64,000 nucleotides of DNA from Heterodontus francisci. Taxonomy: Eukaryota. Shown piece by piece: positions 48,040 through 61,059 of the stretch (positions are counted from its first letter, which is position 1; each line of letters opens with the position of its first letter). Location of the stretch: positions 31,342,430-31,406,429 of the forward strand of contig NC_090399.1 in NCBI RefSeq assembly GCF_036365525.1, read 5' to 3'. The notes beneath the pieces are model-generated. The model had not been told where the DNA came from, did no database searches, and saw only the letters and a program-made list of their open reading frames with translations. The position numbers were made by a program, and so were the translations under genes.

Positions 48040-49029
48040 CTATGGAGAAGAGAGAAAGTCAGATAGAGGCGTTGGGACATGTGAGCAGCAAGAGGCCATT
48101 CAACCCCTCGCGTCTGTTCCATCATTCAATTAGTTCATGATCGATATGAATCTTACTTATCTGCCATATTCGTTTTATATCCCTTATCACCATTACCTAA
48201 AGAAATCTATAAATTTCAATTTTGAACATTTCAATTTTCCTCATCTCCAACAGTTTTCTGGAGGACAGCTCCATATTTCCACCACATTTTGTGCGAGGAA
48301 CTGCCTTCTGAATTCGCTGTTGAATCGCCTAGCTCTAATTTTAAGGTTATGCCCCCTTGTTCTTGACCGCCCTCACCAGAAGAAATGATTTATCTCCTTG
48401 CGAATACCAAATCCTTTAATCATCTTAAACACCACACCCTAGCATTATTCTGGTGTGTCATGATCCTCTAAGGTCAACATATCCTTCCTGTGGTGCCGAG
48501 AATTGAATGCAATACACCAGATGCAGATCAAATGGAGCTTTAAGTGAATGTACAATAACTTTCCCACTTTTGTATTCCAACCTACCGATGGGATAAAAAC
48601 TAACATTCCATTTTCTTTTTTGTTTAGTTTTTGGACTTGTCCTCTTGCTGTTAGAATAATCATCTCAGTTGACTTCCAAAGTGACTACCAGACTCTTTTG
48701 TAAGTTCCAGGAGCACGATTTGCTTATGATAAGCTCTTATTACTGAAACAATAGACACTCGGGATGGTGGTGGAATGGTGGTGGAAGCACTGACGGTAAA
48801 AGCTACACAGCTATTTTAACATTGCAACTATCCCACTTACAACAGGCAGAACAAATTAAAATCCACTCCGCCCAATCCCAGACGGGGAAAGGACAGTGTC
48901 TGATCGACTGCCCCACCTATTCGCAGAGGAGGAAGGGACAGTGTCTGACCCACTGCAACATCCAGTCCTCAGGTATACGGATAATTGTAATTGCAGTTTG
49001 ATGATATTGCAGACAGGAGAATGACAGAC

Positions 49030-49362
49030 CTCTCACAGTGAGAAATGTTCCTGCTCCATACTTCTTGTCGAGTCCTTTCATTTTCACGCTGCAGTAATCA
49101 ATCCCGGAATCGTTCACTCTCACCGCCTTTATTTTAATGGAAGCGTTTTAAAAATCCTCCGCTTTGGGCCAAAAGATCCGTCCTCTGTATCCTGCTTCTC
49201 CATTAGAAACATTTGTTCCATTTCTGGCATTCTTGTACCAGTTATAACATTCCTTCCCAATAGACACATTGGCTGTGTGGATACAGGGGATGAGCACTGA
49301 CTCCCCTTCCACCGCCTGAATACTCGGCAACTTCTGAATAACTCTGAACTCGGCGTTAATGC
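49030..49362 (-). pseudogene. Second NCR3-like VJ exon (V2), copy 2: in frame but with premature TAA
   Basis: 333 nt, splice sites intact. In-frame TAA at 49148-49150 after PKAEDF, three codons shorter than V1 at that point. Lacks the copy-1 frameshift. Confidence 0.85.
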
Positions 49363-49987
49363 CTAGAAACCAAATAAATTTAAAATTGCTGCTTTATCAT
49401 TGGAAGTTGGAGCTTCCTGAGACAGCCGTGCAGGAGCGGATATGAAGGGCCGACTTTCAAAGTGGATTTATTTGTGTCAGCCCATCCCCTTTTTACATAT
49501 GCAAACAACCAACTAATAACGTGTGCTGTTTTTAATATGGAAGATCCTCCGTTATTTAAACACAAATTGGACAAAAGGTTGCCCCCTCGGTCGCCCGTTA
49601 TATACATCGCCCCATATTCAGTTCCACAGACTTCAGTCGCACTGAATATCACATGTGTGGTATAAAGGGTGGTAAAAGCTATCGCGTGCCTGTTCTGTGT
49701 CCCTGTCTGTGTCAACATTCACCCCCAGTCAGTAACCGGTTGATTAACATGGTTAAATAGTCTCTCTGCAGCTAAGGCTGAGTCCGTCTTGGAGTCCACC
49801 ACAACGCAGCCATTGTGACAGATGCTCCAGTTGGAGATAGGGCCCCCATATTGTGCAGCTGATCCCCAAACCCCTCCCCCTCCTCCCCCACCCACCCCAC
49901 CGCCCCCCCCCCCCCCCCCCCCCACCCACCTCCTCCCCCGCCCACATCCATTGCTTATTTAATATTGCAGGCAGGAGAATGACTGAC

Positions 49988-50329
49988 CTCTCACCGTGAG
50001 ATTTGTTCCCGCTCCATATTCCTCGCCCAGTTGCATCATTCGCACTTTGCAGTAATACACCCCGGCATCGTTCAGTCTCACGTCCTTTATTTGGATGGAA
50101 GCATCTGCAGTATGAATGAAATCCTCTTTGTGGCTGTAGATCCGTCCTCTGTACTCTGCTGTCTCATTGGAAACTTCTATGCCTTTCCTGCCATTCTTGT
50201 ACCAGCTATAAGTCCCTATCAGCTTGGAGACGTTGGCTGTATAGGTACAGGGGAGGGAGACTGTTTGTCCTTCATCTGCCTGAATCCTGGGCACATTTTG
50301 AATAACTGTGAGCTTCTCGGTGTTAATTC
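49988..50329 (-). CDS. NCR3: NCR3/NKp30-like VJ-type Ig V-set exon (V1), copy 2, intact
   Basis: Same as copy 1 except EYSGR->EYRGR. Acceptor ttttcag and donor GTCAGT retained. Confidence 0.88.
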
Positions 50330-53300
50330 CTGAAAATCAGATTAAAAGTTGTAAGTTTGAGAGACGACATTAAGGCAAACAGCCAAAAGCTTGGTCAAAA
50401 AGGTAGGTTTTTAAGGATTGTCTTGAAAGGAGGAAAGCGATCAGGGAAGGTGTATGGAGGAAATTCCAGAGTTTGGGGCCTAGGCAGGGCCACCAGTGGT
50501 GGAGCAATTAAAATCGGGATGCTCAAGACGGCGGAATTCCAGGAGCATAGATATATCGGAGGGTTTGTGGGACTGCAGAAGATTACAGAGATTGGGAGGG
50601 GTGAGGCAATACAGGGGTTGAAAACAAGGATGAGAATTTTAAAATCGAGGCATTGCTTAACTGGGAGCTAATGTAGGTCAGCGAACACAGGGGTGGTAGG
50701 GGAACGGGACTTGATGCGAGTAAGAATACAGGCAGCAGGTTATTGGATGACCTCATGTTTAGGGAGGGTAGAATGTGGAAGGCCAGCCAGGAATGCATTG
50801 GAATAGTCAAGTCTAGAGGTGACAAAGGAATGCATGAGGGTTTCAGCAGCAGATGAGCTGACATGGCGCAGAGTTGGGCGATATAACAGAGGTGAAAATA
50901 AGTGATCTTATTAGTACCTGTAAGATATGCAGTCCGAAGCTCATTGCAGGGTCAGATGTGACACCAAGATTATGAGCAATCGGGTTCTGCCTCAAACACT
51001 TGCCAGGAAGACGGATGGAGTTGGTAGCTAGGGAACAGAATTTGTAGTTGGGACTGAAGCCAATGGCTTCAACCTTCACAATCTTTAACGAGAGGAAAGT
51101 TCAGCTCACCCATTATTGAATGTCAGACTAACAGTCTGATATTTTAGCAACAGTGGAGGAGTCGAGACAGGTGATTTTGAGGTTGAATAAATGACAGCTT
51201 GGGCAATACAACAGAAACTCATTGAGCAGTGCCTGTGCAATGTGTCCGCTTTGCTTTTGTATTGCACATTCAGTATTGCCCATTTTTGCACAGTCACCCA
51301 AGACAAACCTATACCCCTTAAGAAACAATGGAATGTCCGCTTACCTATGAGGGCAGCCAATATCCATAGGATGGGGCTTGGGCTCATTTTCCTGCAGTGG
51401 AACGACGGATAAATCAGACAAAACATAAAGTTAACAGTCGAAGTTCGGAAATGAAAACACCTCATTGCAATTGGGATGGTGAGGACCACTGCAGATAAGA
51501 ACGCGGAATGGTGGAGAGTGTGGGGGAGTTGTGTTTCCTCCTTGAGTACAACCCCCAGAAATTGCACCCGGATTTGCGCCCAATTATGTACCCATTCTTC
51601 AGTTGTTCAAGTTACGCCCAAGTATCCACTCAATCTCATTACAATATGCCCGAATTGATAATGGTTATAAATCAACATAAACCTTTGGTACTAAGGAAGC
51701 TCCAGAACCCAAAGCAGGATATATCATCTTTGTGTCTTAAAATTACAGTTTCAACTTACTGAACCACCATTCATTCACATCAAGCACACAATTTTATTAA
51801 GGACCAGCTGATCGGGGAAGCTTTTCAGTGTTTAATGTGACATTTACTTCGCCATAAAAATGTATTAAAAGAAAGGCAAACTACAATGCCAATCTAACTG
51901 AGGACACTTTTAAAAAAAAAAGACTTAAATGCAATAAAAAAAAGTAAAACAAAATGATTGCTTTCTGAACTGCCTCAAAATCTGGGCCAGCCAATTCAGT
52001 TGGAGGATGTTTGGTCAGATTTGACATTTTGGATGCAACCAGTTTTGCGGGGAGAATCTGTTTGGAAGGGAAGGATTGCAGGAATATCAAGGATAGAGTA
52101 GAATTGTGCGTGTTGTAGCTATAGTCGGAACTCGCTTATGCCCAAACTTCCACGATGGTTTGAACCACACAATTGGCGTGTGTCCAGAATACGTGGGCAT
52201 CTGGGCGCAAATATGGCGGAAATTCTTCCTCTGTGTCCAGACATTTGCTGTCTTTGCTGTGGTTTAGTCATCTGAGCAGACGTGCTGAATGGGACGGATT
52301 GAAAAATGATGTTGGGTGCGATGGATAGATCCTAGGGTTCTACTGTTGAATGAAATATTTGTTCACTCGTATCGTCACTGGATGATGAGCTCCCTGTTTC
52401 ACCAGCTTCTCTATTATAGCTCACTCAGGACCTGCTGTACTCACCCATTTTTGGGACCAGACACAGAGATAAATAAGAAGAGGGTAATTTTAACTTTAAT
52501 GTTGATTGGAAATAAACCGTGCAGATTTTAAAATAGAAAATGCGGTCAAATTAAAATTTGCAATATGTCAGACACGCAAAATACACAAGAAATTAAGCCA
52601 CTTTTTAAGTTCTTTCCAACCACTTAATTTTGAACAACACACAAATTATTGTTTGTGACGTTGTTCACCTGATATGTAACGGTGAAACTTTCCTCTTAAT
52701 TTTAGCAGAAATATCAACTGGATTAGATTAAAGTGGCTGCATTAGGTTTAGGGATAACCGGACAGTTTTCTTCGCTAGATTAAAGACAGAAATAGAAAAT
52801 AAAATTGAGGCCCAAAAAAAAGATTACCTGTATAACGTAACTTTTAAAATGACTGCCAGCTCTTCTGCCAACACCGGTTGACTTCATGAAAATAAGCACA
52901 GGGAATATCTGAAATTAAAACAGAAACTGCTCAAAGTGCCCAGTAGCCCAGTCACTCGAGCTCCTTACCCCGGCTAAAGATAAAATCCATCAGCGTTATG
53001 AATATTTCTCTAACCCCAAGTCCTTTGCAATCATCCAGTTCCGCTCATCCCCAAACCAGCTTCCTTCCCTCACAATCGGTTCTATCTTCCCAGTATATCC
53101 TGGGGTAAAGACAGTTATTTCTGAACTCTACTTCTGCTGAAGGCTGTTTGATTTTTGCGCACAAATCGTACAATTGTTACCTGAAAACTTTATCCGCAGA
53201 CTGTCTTCCGGGAAAGTTTCACCGTTACATATCAGGTAAGCTTGCTCGCAGGAGCCCCCGCCTCTCCTGGACGCTGATCAGCGCAGCTCGCTTGCAGGCG

Positions 53301-53694
53301 TTTAATTTCACACACTTTGCAATGAGCTCGGCTTCTGGACCCGATACTTTACATTCCTGCAACGTCAAGCAGCCCCGTTTCTATGCCTATTTTCGCCGTG
53401 TTCACAAATAAACGCGCCTGTTCTGCTTGGAACGCGGTTTGAATGGCTGAGGACAGGCGAATCAATTGTTCTATTTTAATCCATCAAGCATCCGGATTGA
53501 CGCAACCACAGAACCCATATCTCCTTCACCATTTTCAGAGACCGGCTCTGTCTCTCGATCATTTTAGCAAAATCTAATTTCCTGAACACAAGTAAAGCGC
53601 AGTAAGAAAACCGCCGAGAGCTCGCAATTTGAATGACGAGGATGGAGGAGTCATCAATAGTACAGCATATTCAGAGACACAATCATAGATCGAC

Positions 53695-54946
53695 CGATAT
53701 TCACTCGCGCGCACACACACATACAATGTCGCAGATATTCACTCAAATGCCACACACGCACTGTGACAGAGATATTCATTCAGATAGACAAACACTGTGA
53801 CAGAGATATTGACTCAGATAGACACACACTGTGACAGAAATATTCACACAGATAGACACACACTGTGGGAGAGATTCACACAGAATGACACACACACACT
53901 GTGACAGAGATATTCACTCAGATAGACACACACTGTGACAGAAATATTCACACAGATAGACACACACTGTGGGAGAGATTCACACAGAATGACACACACA
54001 TACTGTGACAGAGATATTTACTCAGATAGGCAAACACAGACTGTGGGAGAGATATTCACACAGATAGACACACATTGTGACAGAGATACTCACTGAGATA
54101 GACACACACACTGTGGCAGAATTTCACTCAGATAGACACACACTGTGTCAGAGATAGTCACACAGATAGACACATTCACACTGTGAGTGAGATATTCACA
54201 CAGATAGACACACACACTGACAGAGATACGCACTGAGATGGGCACACATACACTGAGCCAGAGATATACACACAGACAGACACACACAGACAGTGTGGCA
54301 GAGATATACACACATATGGACGTGCACATACTGTGGCAGAGATATTCACACAGATGGACACACACACACACTGTGCCAGAGATATTCACACAGGGAAGAC
54401 ACACACAAACTGTGGCAGAATGTTCACTCAGATGGACACACACGGTGACAGAGATATTTACACAGATAACACGCTCCCACTGTGACAGAGATATTCAGAG
54501 AGATAGTCACACACACTGTGACAGAGATATTCCCATATAGACAAACATACACTGTGACAGAATATTCACTCAGATAGACACACATACTGTGACAGAGATA
54601 TTCCCATATAGACAAACATACACTGTGACAGAATATTCACTCAGATAGACACACACACGGTGACAGAGATATTCACTCAGATGGACACACACACGAAGGG
54701 AGAGATATTCATTCAGATAGACACATTCACACTGTGCCAGAGATATTCACACAGATAGACACACACACACACTATAACAGAGATATTCACACTGATAGAC
54801 ACACGCATACCATGGCAGAGATATTCACACAGATAGACACGAAGTCTGTGGCAGAGATATTCACGCAGATAGACAACTCATACTGTGCCAGAGATATTCA
54901 CACAGATAGAAACACACGCACACTGTGGCAGAGATATTCACTCAGA
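53695..54946. repeat. Same minisatellite, copy 2 (one extra 36-bp unit)
   Basis: Unit-by-unit match to copy 1 plus an extra unit near 54827-54862. Confidence 0.95.
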
Positions 54947-57556
54947 TATAAATGTATGAATATAGAAAAATTCATATTGGCACAAATAAATATTGTTATA
55001 CTGATAAAAGGGAAATTCATACACACGGATACACAGCCAAGCACTCAGAGATATGCAAAAACACATTCATAGACAAATGTAACACCTATATTCATGAAGG
55101 AGATAGAAAACAGGAAATTATAGGCCAGTTAGTCTAACATCTACGATAGCGTAATTGTTATAATCCATTATGAAGGAGGTAATAGCAGGACATTTAGAAA
55201 ATCATTATACAATCAGGCCGAGTCAATACGGTTTTGTGAAAGGGAAATTAAGTTGACCAACACATACAACAATTTTTCATTCGTATCTGGTGCAAAAATT
55301 GAACTGGAAAGGTGGCTCAACCGTGGCTTACAAAAGAAATTAGGGATAGTATTAGATCCAAAGAAGAGGCATATAAAATTGCCAGAAAAAGCAGCAAGTC
55401 TGAGGATTGGGAGCAATTTAGAACTCAGCAAAGGAGGACAAAGCGGATGATTAAGCGTGTGAACATAGAATATGAGAGTAAACTTGCAGGGAACATAAAA
55501 ACTGACTGTAAAAGCTTCTATAAATCTGTGAAGAAAAAAGATTACTGAAGACAAATATAGGTCCCTTACAGTCAGAAACGGGGGAAATTATAATAGGGAA
55601 AAAAGAAATGGCAGAACAATTCAACACATACTTTAATTAAAGCAAAATACTGCGGATGCTGAAAATCTGAAATAAAAACAAGAAATGCTGGAAATACTCA
55701 GCAGGTCTGGCAGCATCTGTGGACAGAGAAGCAGAGTTAACGTTTCGGATCAGTGACCCTTCTTCCGAACTCGAAGAAGCAGTTGCAGATGGTTGCATAG
55801 TGGCAATGTCACTGCACTAGTAATCCAGAGGCCCAGGCCAATGCCCTGAGGACATGGGTTCAAATCTCACCATGGCAGCTGATGGAATTTAAATTTAATT
55901 AATAAGTTAAATTAATTAATTAAAAACCATCGGGAATTTAAAGCTAGTTCTACAATACTGAGAAGTGTACAGGGAGTAGAGGGACATTGGAGTGAATGTC
56001 CACAGATCCCTGAAGGTAGCAGCACAGGTCGATAAGGTGGTTAAGAAGGTATATGGAATCCTTTCTTTTATTAGAATATAAAAAGAGGAAGGTTATGCTG
56101 TATAACTGGTTAGATCACAACTTGCGTACTGTGTGCAATTTTGGTCACCTCATTACAGAAAGGATGTAAATGCGCCAGAGAGGGTACAGAGGAGGTTTAC
56201 AAGGATGTTGACAGGACTGAAAAATGCAGCTATGAGGAAAGATTGGATAGACTGAGGTTGTTCTCCTTGGAACAGGGAAATTTTATTGAATTGTACAAAA
56301 TTTTGAAGGACATGGATAGAGTGGAGGTGAAGGGTCTATTCACCTTAGCATAGAGATCAGTGACAAGGGGGTGCATTGATTTAAAGTGATTGATGGAAAG
56401 GTTAGAAGGGAGATGAGGATTCATTTCACCCAGAGGGTGGTGGGGGTCTGGAACTCACTGCCTGAAAGGATAGTTGAGGCAGAAACCCCCGCTTCATTGT
56501 AAAGAAGTCTGGATATGCACCTCAAGTGCCATAATTTGCAGGGCTACGGATTAGAATGGGTGGATCGTTTTCCGTCCCACACAGACATGATGGGCCATGT
56601 GGCCTCTTTCTGTGCCTTAAGATTACTATGATTGGAATTATCCCATCCCAATGCTGTAGGCCTAAAACGTTTACTCTGTTTCTCTCTCCACAGATGCTGT
56701 CTGGCCTGCCGAGTATTTCCAGCACTTTCTGTTTTTGTTTCAGATTTCTAGCACTTGCAGTATTTTCTTTAATATTAACATGAAGAGATTCTTTTTAACC
56801 CAGTGAGTTGCGGTGATCTGGAATAGATTGTTAGAAAGGGTGGTGGAAGCAGGCTTAATGGTAACTTTCAAAGTGATTGGATAAATACCTGAAAAGGGAA
56901 AATTTGAAAGTTTCTGGGGAAATAGCAGATACGTGGAACTAATTGGAATGTTTTTACAAAGATCCGACAAAGACATGATGGGTTGAATGGCCTCCTTTTG
57001 TGCTACATGTTTTAAAATAACCTACTTTAAACAGATGTATGAACAACCTGTTAAAATACCGTGCGAAGTCATTTCATCATCACCTGAAGAGAGAAAAATA
57101 AATTGCAGGAGTGCAGGGAAAAGGCAGGGAGGTGGGGCGAGGTGAGTTGCTCTTGCAGAGAGCCGGCGCGGACATGACGGGCCGAAAGGCCTCCTCCTGC
57201 GCTCGAACCACTCGATGATTCTATAGCATTGGGAAGGGATAAATTCAAAGCTCAACTCTTTAAAATAATGGCAACATTATTGAAATGAAAATAGAAATTT
57301 CTGCAAATGCATAGCAGGTTTTTCAAGTGGAAAATCTAACCAGACTTTTTTCTATTTCAAATTAGCACCATTCAATGTTTTTTTCCTTCTTTGCATCTCC
57401 TGATAATCTGCATCAATTATTAAAGGATAAACGTTTCAGTGCCACCATGTGAAACACAAACGTGCGAACACGTCCCCCGTTTATTGTTAACAGAATATTA
57501 TACAATGCAGCCAATTGACTCACCCAACACCGCTCCCACGCCGTACCACCGCCCAC

Positions 57557-58691
57557 CCAGATGGAGATGCTGAGTGAGGCGACTGAGTGCAGTGAGACAC
57601 GGACACCAGTAGATGGAGATAGAGAGTGGGGTGACTGAGTGCAGTGATACAGAGACACCAGCAGATGGAGATGGTAAACGGGGTGACTGGGTGCAGTGAT
57701 ACAGGGCCACCAGCAGATGGAGATGGCGAGAGGTGGGGTATCTCAAGACAGTGAGACAGGGACAACAGCAGATTGAGATGGTGAGCTGAGTGACTGAATG
57801 CAGTGCGACAGGATACCAGCAGATGGAGATGGTGAGAAGCGTAACTCAGTGCAATGAGACAGGGACACCAGCAAATGGAGATGGTGAGAGGGGGTAACTG
57901 TGTGCATTGAGACAGGGACACCAGAAAATGGAGATGGTGAGAGGGGGTAACCGAGTACAGCGAGACAGGGACATCAGCAGATGATGATGGAAAGAGGAAG
58001 TGACTGCAGTGAGACACGGACACCAGCAAATAGAGATGGTGAGATGGGGTGACTGAGTGCAATGAGGGCGGCACAGTGGCGCAGTGGTTAGCACCGCAGC
58101 CTCACAGCTCCAGGGACCCGGGTTCGATTCTGGGTACTGCCTGTGTGGAGTTTGCAAGTTCTTCCTGTGTCTGCGTGGGTTTCCTCTGGGTGCTCCGGTT
58201 TCCTCCCACATGCCAAAGACTTGCAGGTTGATAGGTTAATTGGCCATTATAAATTGCCCCTAGTATAGGTAGGTGGTAGGGAAATATATAGGGACAGGTG
58301 GGGATGTGATAGGAATATGGGATTAGTGTAGGATTAGTATAAATGGGTGGTTGATGGTCGGCACAGACTCGGTGGGCCGAAGGGCCTGTTTCAGTGCTGT
58401 ATCTCTAAACTAAACTAAACTAAAGAGACAGGGACACCATCTGATGGAGCTGGACAACGGGGTGACTGAGTGCAGGGAGACAGAGACACCAGCAGATGGA
58501 GATGGTGAGAGGGGTAACTGTGTGCATTGAGACAGGGACACCAGAAAATGGAGATGGTGAGAGGGTACCTGAGTACAGTGAGACAGGGACACCAGCAGAT
58601 GGCGATGGTGAGAGGGGATAAATGAGGCTGTGCAGCCCTGCAAGGTGTACGAGATGCAGAAAAAGAGGGGGTGATTGAGTGCAGTGAGAAA
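57557..58691. repeat. Same ~52-bp minisatellite, copy 2
   Basis: Near-identical to 18326..19460. Confidence 0.93.
58066..58424 (+). mobile_element. HE1-type SINE, copy 2
   Basis: Essentially identical to 18835..19193. Confidence 0.9.
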
Positions 58692-61001
58692 CGATAATTT
58701 GGGACAAAATTAACCGTCGCTTGGACAAATGTGAATTAACTAAGGAAAGCCAGCATGGATTTTTAAGGGTATCTCTTATTCTTAGGCAGTCCCTCGGCAA
58801 CGAGGATGACTTTCTTCCACTCGAGGGTTGTGGATCCTTAGGTGACTGAATGGACCAATTCTGGATCCACACACTCTGCCACTGGTGGGGCAGGTGGTGT
58901 TTGGTGAGGCGAGTAAATAGGGTGCCCGAATTTCGGAACGCTTCTTCGGTTGTTTGCACCTGATCGCTGCCTGGGCATGTCGACATTGTTTGAACTGGCT
59001 GGCACATTCACGGATGCTTATTCTCTATTTTGGGCTGTCTTGGACAAGAGATTCCCATGAATCACTGGAGATGTCCTAATTTTTTCAGCAAGGCATTAAG
59101 GACATCCTCGAAAGATATAAATCATGTTTAATTAACCTGCTTGTGTTTCTGATGAGGTAACAGAAAGGATTGATTCGGGTCATGCAGTTGATGTGGTGTA
59201 CATGGATTTCCAAAAGTCATTTGATAAAGTGCCACATAACAGACTTGTCAGCAAAGTATAAGCCCATGCAAAAAAAGAGACAGTGGCGGCATGGATATGA
59301 AATTGGCTGAGTGAAACAGACAGTAGTGGTGAATAGTTGTTTTACGGATTGGATGAAGATTATATAGTGATGTTCACTGAGGTTCGATGTTAGGAGTATT
59401 GTTGGTTTTCTTGATATTTTTAATGACCCAGACTTTGGCGTACATGACACAGTTTCAAAATTTTCAGGTGGCATAAATCTTGTAAGTGTTGTAAACTGTT
59501 AGGAGAATAGTGATAGACTTCAAGAGGACATAGAGAGGTTGGTGGAATGGGCAGACAAGTGGCAGATGAAATTTAATGCAGAGAAGTGTCAAGTGGTTCA
59601 TTTTCGTAGCAAGAACGAGGAGATGTTCTCCCACTATAGTATATCGAGGGGCTGGAAATTGTGTAAAACCCCTCGGGCTGCATGCACCAGAGAATGTTTA
59701 TGGTATGTAATGTAAATGTACATGTACTGGAAGTGGTTAGCAAATTCTGCTACCATGGGTCAACGGTGACAGACAATCTGTCCCTTGATGCAGAGCTTGA
59801 TACACGGATACGGAAAGCAGCCACCATCTTTGGCCAACTTGTGAAACGTGCATGGGATAACACCAAGCTGACCCTTAAAACCAAACTGGTAGTTTATAAG
59901 GCCTGTGTTCTCAGTACTTCGCTGTATGTCTGTGAAACATGGGTGACTTACATTTACCAGGAAAAGAAACCCAATAATTTCCATCTTTCCTGTCTGCAAT
60001 GCATTATGTGTATATCCTGGCAGGACAAAATCATAAATGTGGCAGTCCGCTCAAAGCAGAGCTCCCAAGTGTGTTGGTACCAATCAAACAGAGGTGGTTT
60101 CAATGGATTGGACATGTCCACAAGGTCGAAGATGGTTGCATTCCCAAAGACTTTCTGTATGGTGAGGTATCTGGGGCCAGACGACCAGTGGGACGCACAA
60201 CGTTCTGCTTCAAGGATGCTTCAAACGTGACATGAAGGCCCTAAATGTCGACTGTCGCACCTGGAAGTCACTAGCTGGTGACAAAGGGAAATGGCAACAA
60301 ATCCTGTGGACTGCAGTGCGCTACCATGATGATCCGTTGCTACAGCAGTTTGGCAACAGGGGCCAACAACAAAAACAATAACTCATGCTGTTACTTGGCA
60401 GTTTCACGTGCAACACTTGTGGCAGAACCTGCCTCTCAAAGATTGGCATTCACAACAATCAGCAAAGATTCACCAGGAGAAGACACCTCACCTAAATGGA
60501 TCGTTTGCTGTGTGTCCATCATCTTTCATAGATGGACAGATGCCAACAATTGTAAATATAAACTGAAATGGCAAATGTATGAAGACACCTCATGCACCAT
60601 TGAAAGAAACTAATCTCTTTGCTCTTAATGTAATATCAAATTTGAATTATATAACGTATTTTTTATAAATTTTGTGAATTTTGTTTTTGGAAAAAAAAGT
60701 TTGCAGACTCCTTGAGCATCTGACATATTTGATTGTCTCAGAATCTGATCCCTAGTTGGCCTGTCCACTGCTATGTTAATCCCAGGACAGGAATGCTTTC
60801 AGCCATTTCTTGGTCAATTTTAAATCTTTACCTCTTGCTCTTTTTGGGAATGTCACTGCAGTTTGAAGACATCAAAGACTGATCCAACACACACCCCCAA
60901 AACACTCACACTAAACAGCCAACACGGATCTCGCCAGAGAATGGGGATTGTACTGAGGTTCTGTTTGTGGATTTTTACTGATGTTAGTATGAATTGTACA
61001 G

Positions 61002-61059
<58 letters not shown>

